Numbered from the whole stretch's first letter, positions 47,646 through 58,749 are shown. The stretch: 63,826 nucleotides of DNA, filler included, from Pseudobdellovibrionaceae bacterium (GCA_030591685.1; 5 parts of 5 records of this genome joined end to end with filler, not necessarily neighbours in it); one strand, 5' to 3'. Notes: a model not told the origin generated them from the letters alone. Numbers and translations: made by a program.

Positions 47646-48911
47646 TTAAAAATAAACAATCATATCCATGCGCACATAGTTTACTAGAGGGGTGTTTGTG
47701 CCCCTGAGCGTTGTATTGTATATCCCTTGAATTTCAAGTGGGATTGAAATTTCTTTTTTCTTAAAAGCCGGTATAGTTGAGTATTTAAACCCTACCTCGG
47801 CAGCATGCTTAGTAAATTCAGTACCCTGAGAAAGCCCCTCATAGTACAGCTGCCCAGCCCCCGAAAAATGATCTCGACCACTTTTTGAAAACTGGTAAGC
47901 CCCCCAAAAAGAAAAGGCATCATCTTTTGGAGTTATTGTTGCCGACAGTTCAGAGATAAAATCAACAGCCTGCCTTCGGGTCACACTTTGTACCTGACCG
48001 TCTTCAGGGAGTAATGAGGGCAAAGCATCGTCAGAGTTAAGGGGGACAGCCCTCGCTTTTGTATCAGAAAAGTTATACACTAGCTTTGCCATTGTACCCA
48101 GGTTCAACCTTTTACTATGCAGATAGTTTTGTAAATAAATAGCCCCTAAACCCCAGGCCCCGGTGCCAGAGCCCGTATCAAATATATTATCAATAGCCTC
48201 ATAGGTGCCAGTAGGGAGCCTAACGCCCATTTGTACTGAACGTACCATTTGTGGTTTATTATAAAAATTGTAAACACCACCCACCTCAATGTCGCCCACT
48301 TCTGATTTTTCAAAGTTACCAGGGGCCTGGTAGCCTTTACTTGTAAATATGGCGTTTTCAAAAAAGGCTTGATCAAAATTCATTTGCTCAATTTTTTTAA
48401 GGCCCGCGGTCACATCAGGTGAAATTTTATTTCCTACTTTTTGAGAAATCTGCTTTGCATTATTAATGGTGTCCACTGAAAACCCAGAGCTCACCTTACG
48501 TTTTACTATAGGGACTCTAATCCCTATACTGAGCTTTTTTGTAAGCCCGTACTCAAGGGCTGGCATATAGGTTTCGACCTTCATTGTGGTGTCACTATAA
48601 AGCTGTGTGTTGAGTAGGCTATCCCCGAGCCCTGCCTCTAAATTATTGAGAGCGCCGATTAAAGGGGCTAACTGTGGGTCAAGGGCAGCATAATCGTTCG
48701 CAGTGATGGAGTTATTTAATGAGTCTGACAGGCCCCCCAGTTTTCCGTTGCTATTATAAGTGTCTCCAATGCCTTCAGTAAAGGCAGTGACCATTCGGGC
48801 CCTAAAAATACTTTGAGGTAGAACAATTGCCGATTCAGCAGCCTTAGCAGGGTTTAAATTAAATAACGTGGTTGTAAAAACAATGAACGTCACGAACTTT
48901 AGATGTGTCAT
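47646..48911 (-). CDS. Outer-membrane beta-barrel protein (putative transporter)
   Basis: Signal peptide, EYGLT..LSIG.RVP, GDIEVG, RLPTG, TGSGTG, terminal YF. Confidence 0.7.
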   Translation of the reverse strand: MTHLKFVTFIVFTTTLFNLNPAKAAESAIVLPQSIFRARMVTAFTEGIGDTYNSNGKLGGLSDSLNNSITANDYAALDPQLAPLIGALNNLEAGLGDSLLNTQLYSDTTMKVETYMPALEYGLTKKLSIGIRVPIVKRKVSSGFSVDTINNAKQISQKVGNKISPDVTAGLKKIEQMNFDQAFFENAIFTSKGYQAPGNFEKSEVGDIEVGGVYNFYNKPQMVRSVQMGVRLPTGTYEAIDNIFDTGSGTGAWGLGAIYLQNYLHSKRLNLGTMAKLVYNFSDTKARAVPLNSDDALPSLLPEDGQVQSVTRRQAVDFISELSATITPKDDAFSFWGAYQFSKSGRDHFSGAGQLYYEGLSQGTEFTKHAAEVGFKYSTIPAFKKKEISIPLEIQGIYNTTLRGTNTPLVNYVRMDMIVYF

Positions 48912-49226
48912 ATAGGCCTCTTTACCCTTAATGTTTGTGCTACTCTTGAGCTTTCCCCAATTGTAGTATTAGCTACAATTAATAGCAGGTTATCTCTTAA
49001 CAGGTCTGGGTCACAATAAAATTAGTGTGCGAACGTAATAAGAATACAAAAAAGAGGCCCAACGCCCAGGGCAGTGTGTATTTTTTTTAAGACTTTGTAA
49101 TAGGATTATTTTGCCCAGACGTTTTATGTAAACAAAAGTTTAAAAAAAACAAAGTAAAATTATAATTTCTATTGTATAAAAAGGGTAAGAGAAGAGCTTT
49201 AAGAAAAATAAATTTTAAATGTTCTA

Positions 49227-49862
49227 GTGAGAGTTATGATTGAGTACATAATTTTAGAAAACACAGATGACAGGGTATTAAAAAAAGCCTCAAAGGCCAT
49301 TTTAGATGGTGAGTTGGTCGTAATACCATCTGACACCAGTTGGTTAGCTGTTTGCCACCCCTTTTCTAAAGCGGGCGTAGATAAGCTGTATGCTTTAAAA
49401 AAAGAGAACAAGTCTAAACACTTTAGCTTACTTTGCCCCAGTATTTCTGAGGCTTCAGAGGTGGCTCGTATAGATAACTCAAGCTATAGGGTCATTAATA
49501 AAATGGTGCCAGGGCCCTATACATTTATATTTAATGCGCAATTAAAAATTACAAAAGCTTTAAAGGCCTCAAAGACAGACAAAGAAATAGGCATTCGAAT
49601 ACCTAAGTGTCCTTTGTACCAAAGTTTTTCGGTTATTCACAAAAGCCCACTGCTTTCGACGAATATTACTCATGAAGTTTTAGGCATTGACCCGGGGGTT
49701 GAAATTTATGGTTACCTTGTTGAGGACTCACTTTCTCAGCAAGTAAAGATGGTTTTAGACCCAGGCGAAGTACATTTTTTGGGTCCCTCAACCATCATTG
49801 ATTTCACCGATTCAGAAGCCCCAACACTTGTTCGCCAAGGCTCTGGCCCCACCAACTTTTAA
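49227..49862 (+). CDS. Sua5/YciO/TsaC family threonylcarbamoyl-AMP synthase-like protein
   Basis: VIPSDTSW, KHFSLLC, PGPYTFIF, IGIRIP, PSTIIDF, VRQGSG (YciO-like). Confidence 0.88.
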   Translation: MRVMIEYIILENTDDRVLKKASKAILDGELVVIPSDTSWLAVCHPFSKAGVDKLYALKKENKSKHFSLLCPSISEASEVARIDNSSYRVINKMVPGPYTFIFNAQLKITKALKASKTDKEIGIRIPKCPLYQSFSVIHKSPLLSTNITHEVLGIDPGVEIYGYLVEDSLSQQVKMVLDPGEVHFLGPSTIIDFTDSEAPTLVRQGSGPTNF

Positions 49863-49985
49863 TCAAATGATAGGCATTAGGCTCCGGAACAAAAATTGTC
49901 ATATCAGTAGAGTATTTAAGTATAATTTTCATAGCCCTGCTAATACTTTAGGGCATGGAGCGGAGTGTGTGTTACTTAAGAGTCT

Positions 49986-50975
49986 ATGTATGTAATTTCT
50001 TTTTTAATTTTAGTGTTTTCTTTAAACTCTCAGGCCAGTTTTAGCGGTAAAGTTGACCCAAGAACACCCAACCCTTCAGCCCGCGCTAGGCATATGTATA
50101 ATGCTACAGGGGCGATACATGGCACTGAGTCTATTATTAACTCTAAAGGTGAAGAGATTGAACACTCAAATAGGCTTACTGGCTTTGTGTGTGAAAATGA
50201 AAACTTAGTTTGTGGGTCTTTTCATAGTTTTTGTCATGGTAAAAGCTCAAAAATAGTACTTAAAAATTATAGCTTTTTTGGCCAGTGGGAAAACCCTAAA
50301 GACACCGGCATACCCATAGACCTCTCAAATTCATGGTTTGGCAAAACAAACAAGTTGGGGCAAAAAATTTATGGTGTATGCCCAGTAAACACTGACGGCC
50401 TGGTACCCGTTATGCTTAGACTCAAAAAACCTGTAACAAGTAAGTATCCTTATATTAAGCCCCTTAAGCTTAAAGTTTTAGACACCTCAAGGCTTCATAT
50501 TTCAAAAACTATGTCAAAAGTCCAAGGCCAAAAGGTTTTAGAGTATTATAAGAAAATTAATAAAAACGTTGTGAGCGTAGGGTTTCATGATGAATCTGAA
50601 ATCCCAATACCTGAGTACGTAAAGAAGAAAAACCCTGAGATTAAATACATTCAGGAGTTTGGTGTGGTGCTTACGCCCATGCTACCGACGGATGACTTTA
50701 AAGAGGGTTACGAAGATGCCTATAACTGGGATACTCTTTTGTTTTTATCTGGTTACTTTGCTCCTGAATCTTCAGGTAGCCCTGTGGGGCCGTGTGATGA
50801 ACGCGGAATTTGTGAGGTTACGTCGATCCAAGGGGCTTCCCTGGGAACTTGTTGGGACTCTTATGAGGCCATATCTATAAAAATACGGGGCTGTCTCAAT
50901 ATGAACCAAGCCATTAGCCGGTTTTTTTATGATGGTGTTATTGACGAAATCAAACGTATACGCCAAGGCAAGTAG
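49986..50975 (+). CDS. Secreted divergent trypsin-like serine protease
   Basis: Signal peptide; candidate triad GSFHSF (His), DGLVPVMLRL (Asp), ESSGSP (Ser). Confidence 0.5.
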   Translation: MYVISFLILVFSLNSQASFSGKVDPRTPNPSARARHMYNATGAIHGTESIINSKGEEIEHSNRLTGFVCENENLVCGSFHSFCHGKSSKIVLKNYSFFGQWENPKDTGIPIDLSNSWFGKTNKLGQKIYGVCPVNTDGLVPVMLRLKKPVTSKYPYIKPLKLKVLDTSRLHISKTMSKVQGQKVLEYYKKINKNVVSVGFHDESEIPIPEYVKKKNPEIKYIQEFGVVLTPMLPTDDFKEGYEDAYNWDTLLFLSGYFAPESSGSPVGPCDERGICEVTSIQGASLGTCWDSYEAISIKIRGCLNMNQAISRFFYDGVIDEIKRIRQGK

Positions 50976-51052
50976 CCTATTCCAAACATAGCATTCCCTT
51001 TTATATCGTATGAATTATTAAAAAAGAGGCCAAAATTAAAGTCCGCAAGCTT

Positions 51053-51079
51053 TAAGTCTAGGTCTGTTTAAACCGATGA
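51053..51079 (+). promoter_or_regulatory. Sigma28-like promoter
   Basis: TAAG-N15-ACCGATGA about 40 bp upstream of GTG 51121. Confidence 0.5.
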
Positions 51080-51120
51080 TTAAGTTTAAGTATCTTTATT
51101 ACTTAACCTTAGGCTTATGC

Positions 51121-51860
51121 GTGTTTAAAATATTTTTTACAATAACTTTGTGTTTTTTAAGCTTAGCTCACTCAAGAGCGACTTTTGATTTTTCAATACC
51201 CCCATGGTGATTTTGAGGCCTTTTGTGTAGAGAGCTATGGTGAGTATAGTGCATATGATAAATCAGCAACGTGCAGAATGCCCGATGGAGAAAAACTTTT
51301 TTATGATCAAAGTAGCCGAGTTATTGATGGCTATATTGATATTTATAGAGATATCTCTAGCGTTAAAAGTCATGAGCAAACATTAGAGGACATCCATCAG
51401 CGCGCAGCCCCTCGCCGAGGTCGAAAACCAGCCCTCTCATCGCAGGCTAATTTACAAAAAGACACGACCCCCTCTCAACCAAGCGCTGAATCCTACAATT
51501 TAGTTGCTGTTTCAGCTCAAGAGGTCGAAAACCTCAACCTCGAATACGACCTTAAGTGCCAAAGTTATCAGACGTTTTCAAAAAACTGTTGCTCGGCCCC
51601 AAAGGCTTGCCTTGAACAAGACCTGATTGATGGTGAGCTTGTAAAATCAGGCACACACCTGGCCCGAGAGTATTTAAAATATCAAACCCTAGCCGAGCAA
51701 GTGAGTATGTCTGTAGGCAGCGCAGGGGTAGCACAGTCTTGTAACGCCATGAAGGGGTTAATGGTCATGGGGACCTCCATAAACTTAGGCTTTAATTATA
51801 TGTGCAACAAGGGGCGTGATAAGTGCTCTCAGGGTTGTTTGGGCATTAAAGAGCAAGCTC
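51121..51860 (+). CDS. Cys-rich secreted hypothetical protein with apparent frameshift at C5 (51199-51203), 3'-truncated by gap
   Basis: Signal peptide MFKIFFTITLCFLSLAHS from GTG 51121 is out of frame by one base with the long downstream ORF. Confidence 0.55.
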
Positions 51861-51960
51861 NNNNNNNNNNNNNNNNNNNNNNNNNNNNNNNNNNNNNNNN
51901 NNNNTTAATTAATTAANNNNNNNNNNNNNNNNNNNNNNNNNNNNNNNNNNNNNNNNNNNN
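51861..51960. other. Artificial contig spacer
   Basis: N44-TTAATTAATTAA-N44. Confidence 0.99.
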
Positions 51961-52896
51961 CAGCAAAAAAAACGCAGAAGAGATAAATGCACCACCGGCC
52001 ATTTGTGAAAACAACACAGGCAGTGTGCTAAAAATAAGCCCTGGGCCCGCTGAAGGCTCAAGATCATAAGAAAAAACAATAGAGAAAATAACAATCCCCG
52101 CAACAAGGGCTATGAAAGTATCTAAAAAGGCAACTAGCAAAGAAATTTTAACTAGATTTTCTTTTTCTCGTAAGTAAGAGCCGTAAACAATAATAACTCC
52201 CATCCCTAAACTCAGAGTAAAGAACGAATGCCCAACAGCCTCTAATAAACCCTCTCTTGTGAGTTTACTAAAGTCTGGAGAAAACAAAAAGGTGAGAGCC
52301 TTACTAAATCCAGGCAAAAACATAACGTAAATAAACAGACAAATCAGTAGCCCAAAAAGAGCCGGCATTAAAATTTTATTCCACCTCTCGAGCCCTTTTT
52401 TAACACCTCCTAAAACGATCCCCACCACAAAACTCATAAATATAAAATGAGCCACAATCTGCCTAAGAGGGTCCGCAAAAAGCCCACTAAGCATGGCTTT
52501 AATGCTTTCTTGACTATTATTAGTTGAAATTTGGCCGATTAAAGATTTTAATTCAAAATCTAAAATCCACCCTCCAACAACACTGTAAAAAGATAAAATA
52601 AGAAAGGCCGTCACCATGCCAAGCCAACCGATGCCTGACCAGGCTTTATTTTTGGGATGCAGGGTTGTAAAGGCCTCTACGTTATTTTTTTGCGATTTTT
52701 GCCCCACATAGAGCTCAGCAATTAAAATGGGGACACCCACGGTGAAAATACATAAAAGGTAGATAAGGACAAAGGCTCCGCCCCCATTAACACCGGCAAT
52801 ATATGGAAACTTCCATAGGTTCCCTAATCCGATGGCTGACCCCGTCGCAGCGAGCACAAATGCTAGTCGACTTCCCCAATGTGCGCGTTCTGCCAT
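51961..52896 (-). CDS. Sodium-dependent transporter, NSS/SNF family, 3'-truncated by gap
   Basis: RAHWGSRLAFVLAATGSAIGLGNLWKFPY..NGGGAF, FFTLSLGMG, GPGLIF.TLP. Confidence 0.94.
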
Positions 52897-53126
52897 AGTA
52901 TGGCCCCCTTGAAAGATATTGAAACAATAATATATAACAAAATTAGTAGGTTACAATTTATTTAAAATAAAGTTGGGGTTTTTAAAATGTGTGTTTAAAA
53001 GTTAGATCCGCGGGTGAGTCATAAATCAATAAAAGGTGCTTTGAATAAAAAGATTATAAATTAAGCAACACCAGCGTCAGTTTTATGAAGAAATCTTAGA
53101 TTTATTTTAGTGCTCATAGGGGTTAA

Positions 53127-56100
53127 TTAGTAGTCATTTTTATGGGGGCAAAAATAGGTTTCCCAAAAATTGATGCCACCAAGCCCTGCAGAGGAGTTGT
53201 TTTTCCACTGAAAGGGGCCTTTAAAAAAGCTTGTGAGAGTGTCGTATAAATAGCTCTGAAAGCTCTTTTGCGTCTCACATTTTTTTTGTTGCAAGGGCAT
53301 TACTTTTTCTAAAGTAATGACTCCGGGCCATGAGGGGAGAGCTGAATTGTATTCTGTGTAAGCCTCCATTAAGGTCTGAACAGGCAAATGGTTAAGATCA
53401 CCCACCTGGGTGAGTTTGTTATGGTTTTGGACAGCTTGTATAAAAACCTTAAAATCTCTGTTTGAGCGTATACTCATTAGCCAAGGCCTGTTTTTTAAGC
53501 TTGCGGGGTCATGCATATCTCCAGCCAAGAAATGTTGCGTAACATAATAGTAACTCTCGGCGATTTCGATAGGTTTATTATGGGTAAGTTCAGAGCAAAT
53601 GCGTAAGCCGGATTCAAATAAATCCAGTTGATGTTGGTTACTTACAAAATACCTCAACTTCTTTCTAATTTTTTGCTCTCGGAGCTCAGGGGTTAGCTCG
53701 AGTTCATTCATTGTAGGGTCCAGGCGAGGGTTGTTGATGAGCTGTTTTAAATTAATGAGTTCATCAATAGAGGTATTGAGTAGAGCCCTTATTGCCGTAA
53801 GTTTGGGGGTGACGATAAGGCAGTTTTTGTAAGTATTAATTTTTAATCGAATGGTTGAGTTTTGTATTACCAAATAAGCTCCAAAATTATAACTTAAGCT
53901 TGAAGAGTGTCCCATACCATAACCGTTAGAGCTGGATGCTGTTTTTTGTTGGGCGAGCGACATTTTTAAATCCACAAAGGGTATAACATCATCACTTACC
54001 CCAGCTGTGAAACTTAAGCTATTGGACTCAGAATTACTGCTGTCAAAGTATCTCGATTTATTCAGATGAAAACTACTCCCAATGCCATAGTTAAAAGAAA
54101 CCCCTCCCATGTAATTTTGAGCTTTAGGGTCAATAGATTTAACAAATATTTTTTTATCTAATTGAAAAAATGGGAGATGCTTTCGGGTAAAATTAATACA
54201 GTTTCTTTTGAACGCTCGAGAGGCTCTTTGTATTTGAGGTTTAGATAGTGGTTTTACATTAGAGTCATCCTCTTTAGAGAGCCGCAGTTGAAATTTTTTA
54301 ATTTGCTCTGGTATTAAACGATCCGCCCACAAGTGGCAGAGTTTATACTGTAACTTTAACTCTAATTCAGGCTCATAGTTGGGGGTGCTAATAAGCGAGG
54401 GCAACAAATACTGTAAGTCGTTATCAATAATTCGCGGTGAGCTGAGTAACCATTTTTTGTCTTTATCTTTAGTTAAATCAATCGATTTAAGTCGAAAGTG
54501 CTTATCAAATAAGTGAGGAGCAAAATTATTGATTTGAGCTGACTTTTTATCGAGCCACTTTCTGCTTTTATAAATATACTTATGGGCGTCCATTTTGGTT
54601 TGTATTAAAGATGGGGATTGATGAAGGTTTAAGGGTATAAATGGCCCCTGAAAGGTATTGCTAATTAATGAGGAGTCTCTTTTTAATAGACTCGTTTGTG
54701 CCATTGTTTTAACTTGATGAATCTCTCGGTTAATTTTAGATAAATGCGCCTGTTTAGGCATAAATATAATTTGGTCTTCATTAATGGGCTTAATTTGAAC
54801 GATGAGTCGGTTACGAGTCCCCATGAGCCTAAGGTCATCAACGCTGAGTTCAATTTGAGTTAAAATACTACCATTTTTAACGGCAACTACTGTCTGCCAA
54901 GCGTTTATAAAGTCATTTTGTTTTATGATACTTTGGTCCGTCTTTTTAGCTAATGCTATGTTGAGCAAGTAAAACCCACCTTTGATGGGGCTTGAACCAA
55001 AGCTCCCTGATGATAAGCTATCAAATCGTGTAATTAACGGAGATATTAAAACATTATATTTTTTTATTAAATGAAGTTTAAGTTGATTGTCGACAAAGTA
55101 TCGAACTCCAACGGCATCCATGTTAATTGATTTAATGAGAGTTTCAGGGAAGTGCTCAGGGATATCATAAATTTCAGACTTTTCAACCTTACGAATATCT
55201 TGAGCAAATATCCAACCCGTATTCCATGGGTCAACAACGGCTGCAATAACGCTCTGAGTGCCCGTAGTTTTGTCTGTTACCGTATAGGGTTTAATATAGA
55301 CTCGCTCTTTGTCGTACCAGTCAAAAGAAATAGAGTCTGAAAACCCAAAGCACCCATTTGCTAGGTCAGTGGGCTTAGTGGTAAAAGATTTAAGTAATAA
55401 ATTTTTATAATTGTTTGAAAAGTAATCATCAGGTTGTTCGATTTTTTTATAGGTATCAATATTCAGCTTACGAAGAGTCACAGGTTTTAAAAAAAGAGGG
55501 TCTTTTATGCAAGCTGTAATCCCTATTCTGACGGTTCTAGAGTGGGTGCGTTCAAGAGACCGATCTAGCCCTTTATACTTAAAGCTAATATTGTTAAAAA
55601 CATACTGGTTTAATGGTCGTGTATAAGAGCCATTTGACACATCGTTTGATAACGAGCTCATAGATAATAGAAGGTTCTCTCTTGTAGATACATAAGGGGT
55701 TTGCTTTAAATTTATAGTTTCTAAAACTAACTTTGGGCTGATACTTTTTTGAATACTATTAGAGCGTCCTAGATCAAAAACACCAGAAAAACTTAAGCCA
55801 GGATTTGATTTTGATTCAATACGTAGGTGAATTAATAAACGCCCCTCTTGAGCTACCGCAGAAATAACAGAGGTATGAACAGCCTTTATATAGTTGGCAC
55901 TATGAAATTCAGAAGACTGAAGGGGGTGCTTTTCATGAAAATTATTTTTTTTAGATTGATAAAAATTTATAAATTGGCTTGAAACCTTCCAGGTTTGATT
56001 TTTTAGAGGATCAGGGGCATTAAAAAAATCTAAAACATTAAAAGTTATTAGATACTGAACCTTAGCCCCTGAGGGGATGATTTCGATGTCTTCAAAAGAT

Positions 56101-56360
56101 ATATTAATATTAAGAGGGCGTTGAGAGTAGTTAAGCGTGAGTGGGGCATTAACCTTAGCGGTATTTGATTTAATGGGCTCGTTTTTTTGGCTATTTGGCG
56201 AAGGCAAAGGTGGTTTCGAGCATGAGGTGCTTAAAATGGCTGTAGCGCACACCATAAAGGGGGTTAAAAAAGTAAACCCACTTAAAACAAAATGCTTTAG
56301 TAAACGACCCCTCAACGTATCCCCTCTGCGCTGCCTCTGGTTGCATAAAAAAATTAGCAC
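53127..56360 (-). CDS. Large hypothetical secreted protein or lipoprotein
   Basis: 1077 aa ORF, lipobox-like STSC, Ser-rich amphipathic hairpin region near residues 760-830. Confidence 0.65.
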   Translation of the reverse strand: MLIFLCNQRQRRGDTLRGRLLKHFVLSGFTFLTPFMVCATAILSTSCSKPPLPSPNSQKNEPIKSNTAKVNAPLTLNYSQRPLNINISFEDIEIIPSGAKVQYLITFNVLDFFNAPDPLKNQTWKVSSQFINFYQSKKNNFHEKHPLQSSEFHSANYIKAVHTSVISAVAQEGRLLIHLRIESKSNPGLSFSGVFDLGRSNSIQKSISPKLVLETINLKQTPYVSTRENLLLSMSSLSNDVSNGSYTRPLNQYVFNNISFKYKGLDRSLERTHSRTVRIGITACIKDPLFLKPVTLRKLNIDTYKKIEQPDDYFSNNYKNLLLKSFTTKPTDLANGCFGFSDSISFDWYDKERVYIKPYTVTDKTTGTQSVIAAVVDPWNTGWIFAQDIRKVEKSEIYDIPEHFPETLIKSINMDAVGVRYFVDNQLKLHLIKKYNVLISPLITRFDSLSSGSFGSSPIKGGFYLLNIALAKKTDQSIIKQNDFINAWQTVVAVKNGSILTQIELSVDDLRLMGTRNRLIVQIKPINEDQIIFMPKQAHLSKINREIHQVKTMAQTSLLKRDSSLISNTFQGPFIPLNLHQSPSLIQTKMDAHKYIYKSRKWLDKKSAQINNFAPHLFDKHFRLKSIDLTKDKDKKWLLSSPRIIDNDLQYLLPSLISTPNYEPELELKLQYKLCHLWADRLIPEQIKKFQLRLSKEDDSNVKPLSKPQIQRASRAFKRNCINFTRKHLPFFQLDKKIFVKSIDPKAQNYMGGVSFNYGIGSSFHLNKSRYFDSSNSESNSLSFTAGVSDDVIPFVDLKMSLAQQKTASSSNGYGMGHSSSLSYNFGAYLVIQNSTIRLKINTYKNCLIVTPKLTAIRALLNTSIDELINLKQLINNPRLDPTMNELELTPELREQKIRKKLRYFVSNQHQLDLFESGLRICSELTHNKPIEIAESYYYVTQHFLAGDMHDPASLKNRPWLMSIRSNRDFKVFIQAVQNHNKLTQVGDLNHLPVQTLMEAYTEYNSALPSWPGVITLEKVMPLQQKKCETQKSFQSYLYDTLTSFFKGPFQWKNNSSAGLGGINFWETYFCPHKNDY

Positions 56361-56467
56361 CCCTGTTTATAATTCACAAAAGGAAATTTTTACTTAGTAA
56401 TTATTTCATAATTGGTGCTCTGAGGGTTTTGAAAATAATCCTAAGGTTTATTAATAAACTCATCTTC

Positions 56468-57736
56468 TTAAATAATATTATGATTCTTTAAGGAGTTAAT
56501 AAGCTTATGGGTGGACCCAGTGTGGCCTTTAACCTGTTGCTTAATAGCAACACGTAAGTCACTTAATGAGCCCAACAGGAGCTCTTCAAGTTTTAATCTC
56601 AGCCCCTCTGTATTAGACACTTCAATCACAGAGAAGCTTGTAGAGTTAACAAGCGGGGTCGATTTAAACATCATAGCCTCTCTATTATTTTTATGATGAG
56701 GGCCTACAAAGGTGGGGCAGCCTGCAGCGAGAGCCTCCATGACGCTATGTGTACTGCCCTTAAAAGAGCCTCCAATAAAGGCAACATCAGAAATTTTATA
56801 TAAATCAGCCAAGACACCAACGCAGTCAACAACAAGGACTTGATTGTCTTTAAAATAATTTGTTTCAGAGTACAGTTGTACAGGTAAGGTGAGTGCTAGG
56901 CCCAAGTTTTTTAAATGCTCTTTTGTAGGTTCGTGAGGGGCTATGATTAAATTTATTTTATTATCCTTAACGAGTTGACACAAACAAGCAGCAATCACCT
57001 TTTCATCTTCAGGCCATGTGCTGCCGGCAATAAAGGTGGGGCGGTTGTTACTTGGTTTAAGGGAATTTTTAAAATTAGGGTTAGTTTGTTGGGTTCGGTA
57101 GATCACTTGATCAAATCGAGTGTCTCCAATGTTAGTGACTTTAGTTTGCACTCCTACAGCCCTCAAGTTTAACGAATCCTCTTCGCTGACTGTGTAAATT
57201 TCAGAAAGTAAATTAAAAATCCATTTATAAGAAAACGAAAATTGTTTTGACAAAAAGTTAGTACCCTTTTGAGTTCTTGAAAATAAAACAGTAGGCACAT
57301 TATGTTTTTTACATTGCTGTAACACTTCAGGCCATAAATCAGTACGAGCAATAAGCAGAGCTTTAGGGTTTATACTTTTGATAAAACCTTTTACTGCTGA
57401 TGGAAAGTCTAGAGGTAAAGGGCAGCTATAATCAACAAACTCACATGACTCTATATTACTTTTATATGTAGGAGAAAAATAAGTGACTAAAATTTTTACT
57501 TTTGGGTCTTGTATTTTCATCTCTCTAATGACGGGCTTGGCATATTCAAACTCACCCGAACTGCAGTGAAACCATAGGGGGTTGTCGGCCGGAGCCAGAG
57601 GGCATGGTAAAATTTGTCGCCTCATGCTTAAGCCTTTTCGAATTTTATTATTAAAAACAGAGGCCATAACAGCCAAAAAAAATAAAATAGGTAGAGCTAT
57701 TAGGTGATAAATAAAATAAAAAGGAGAAGTTTTCAT
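56468..57736 (-). CDS. waaA: 3-deoxy-D-manno-octulosonic acid (Kdo) transferase
   Basis: WFHCSSGEFE, VTYFSP, PLD, DLWP, GDTRFD, AGSTW..DE, IAPHE, AFIGGSF..HSVME. Confidence 0.88.
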   Translation of the reverse strand: MKTSPFYFIYHLIALPILFFLAVMASVFNNKIRKGLSMRRQILPCPLAPADNPLWFHCSSGEFEYAKPVIREMKIQDPKVKILVTYFSPTYKSNIESCEFVDYSCPLPLDFPSAVKGFIKSINPKALLIARTDLWPEVLQQCKKHNVPTVLFSRTQKGTNFLSKQFSFSYKWIFNLLSEIYTVSEEDSLNLRAVGVQTKVTNIGDTRFDQVIYRTQQTNPNFKNSLKPSNNRPTFIAGSTWPEDEKVIAACLCQLVKDNKINLIIAPHEPTKEHLKNLGLALTLPVQLYSETNYFKDNQVLVVDCVGVLADLYKISDVAFIGGSFKGSTHSVMEALAAGCPTFVGPHHKNNREAMMFKSTPLVNSTSFSVIEVSNTEGLRLKLEELLLGSLSDLRVAIKQQVKGHTGSTHKLINSLKNHNII

Positions 57737-58749
57737 TTTTCTAAGATGTCCTTTGTGATTTTAGCTACGCGATCGGGCAAAATATCGACCAAACACTTTT
57801 TGTACAGTTTGTTTTTGCACTTCCCACGGCCATCTTTAGAACAGGGTTGGCAGCTTAAGCGCTCATAAAGGGCTACGGAGGTAGGGTTTTTTGGAAAGCC
57901 AAAAGCACTGGGTCCGATGAGGGCGATATTTGGTGTAGATATAAAATCAGCAAAGTGCATAAGGCCAGTATCTCCGCTAATTAAAAGTTCACTTCGCTGT
58001 ATCATGGCTCCACTCTCAAGCCATGAGAGTGTGCCAGCAAGGTTTTTAACTCTTGTGGGGGCAAGGTCTTCAAGGGATTGGCAAAAATCATCATCTGGCC
58101 CGCCAAGAACTACAAAATTATAACTTATAAGTTGAGTAATAAGTGCTTTGTAGTACTCAAGAGGCCACTTTTTGAGCTCCCAGGCTGCCGAGGGGGCGAG
58201 GCAGATGTACTTGTTAAAATAAACACGAGGTTCAGGTAAATTTAACCTCTCTACAGTTGATGAAGAAGAGGGGCTTTTTATCCATTTTTTTATAGGCAAA
58301 ATAAAGGAGTCAGTACTGATATAGGGGTGTTGAAAACGATTAATTCTAAGCTTAAATAAGAGAAATCTTTTAAATCGTTGCTTGCTTCTGCGGATTAAAA
58401 AAGGTCGCCGGCCAAGCCTAAAGAGATTAAATGCTATTGAGGCCATAATAAAACAAACAATATGCGACCTTAAGTTATTATGGGCATCATAAATATGTGT
58501 ATAATTTTGCTGCCTTAACTTAAGGGCTAAACGGATGAGGCCGAGCATTCCTTTTTCGCGCATAAAGGGGATGACCTTGTCCACTTTAGGGTGTGAGTGA
58601 ATAAGGTCACAAAAATCACTCCTAACGAGCCAATGTAAGTCCGTGTTTTCATTTTTTAATTGAGAGACAACGGGCATTCCGTGCAGTAGGTCCCCAAAAC
58701 TTGAAAATCGAATAATTAATATCTTTTTGATCGTCATTACCTTAGCCAC
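57733..58749 (-). CDS. Glycosyltransferase family 9 (LPS heptosyltransferase II-like)
   Basis: IIRFSSFGDL, YDAHNNLRS, APSAAW..KKWP, GDTGLMH, CQPCSKDG..C. Confidence 0.9.
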   Translation of the reverse strand: MAKVMTIKKILIIRFSSFGDLLHGMPVVSQLKNENTDLHWLVRSDFCDLIHSHPKVDKVIPFMREKGMLGLIRLALKLRQQNYTHIYDAHNNLRSHIVCFIMASIAFNLFRLGRRPFLIRRSKQRFKRFLLFKLRINRFQHPYISTDSFILPIKKWIKSPSSSSTVERLNLPEPRVYFNKYICLAPSAAWELKKWPLEYYKALITQLISYNFVVLGGPDDDFCQSLEDLAPTRVKNLAGTLSWLESGAMIQRSELLISGDTGLMHFADFISTPNIALIGPSAFGFPKNPTSVALYERLSCQPCSKDGRGKCKNKLYKKCLVDILPDRVAKITKDILEK

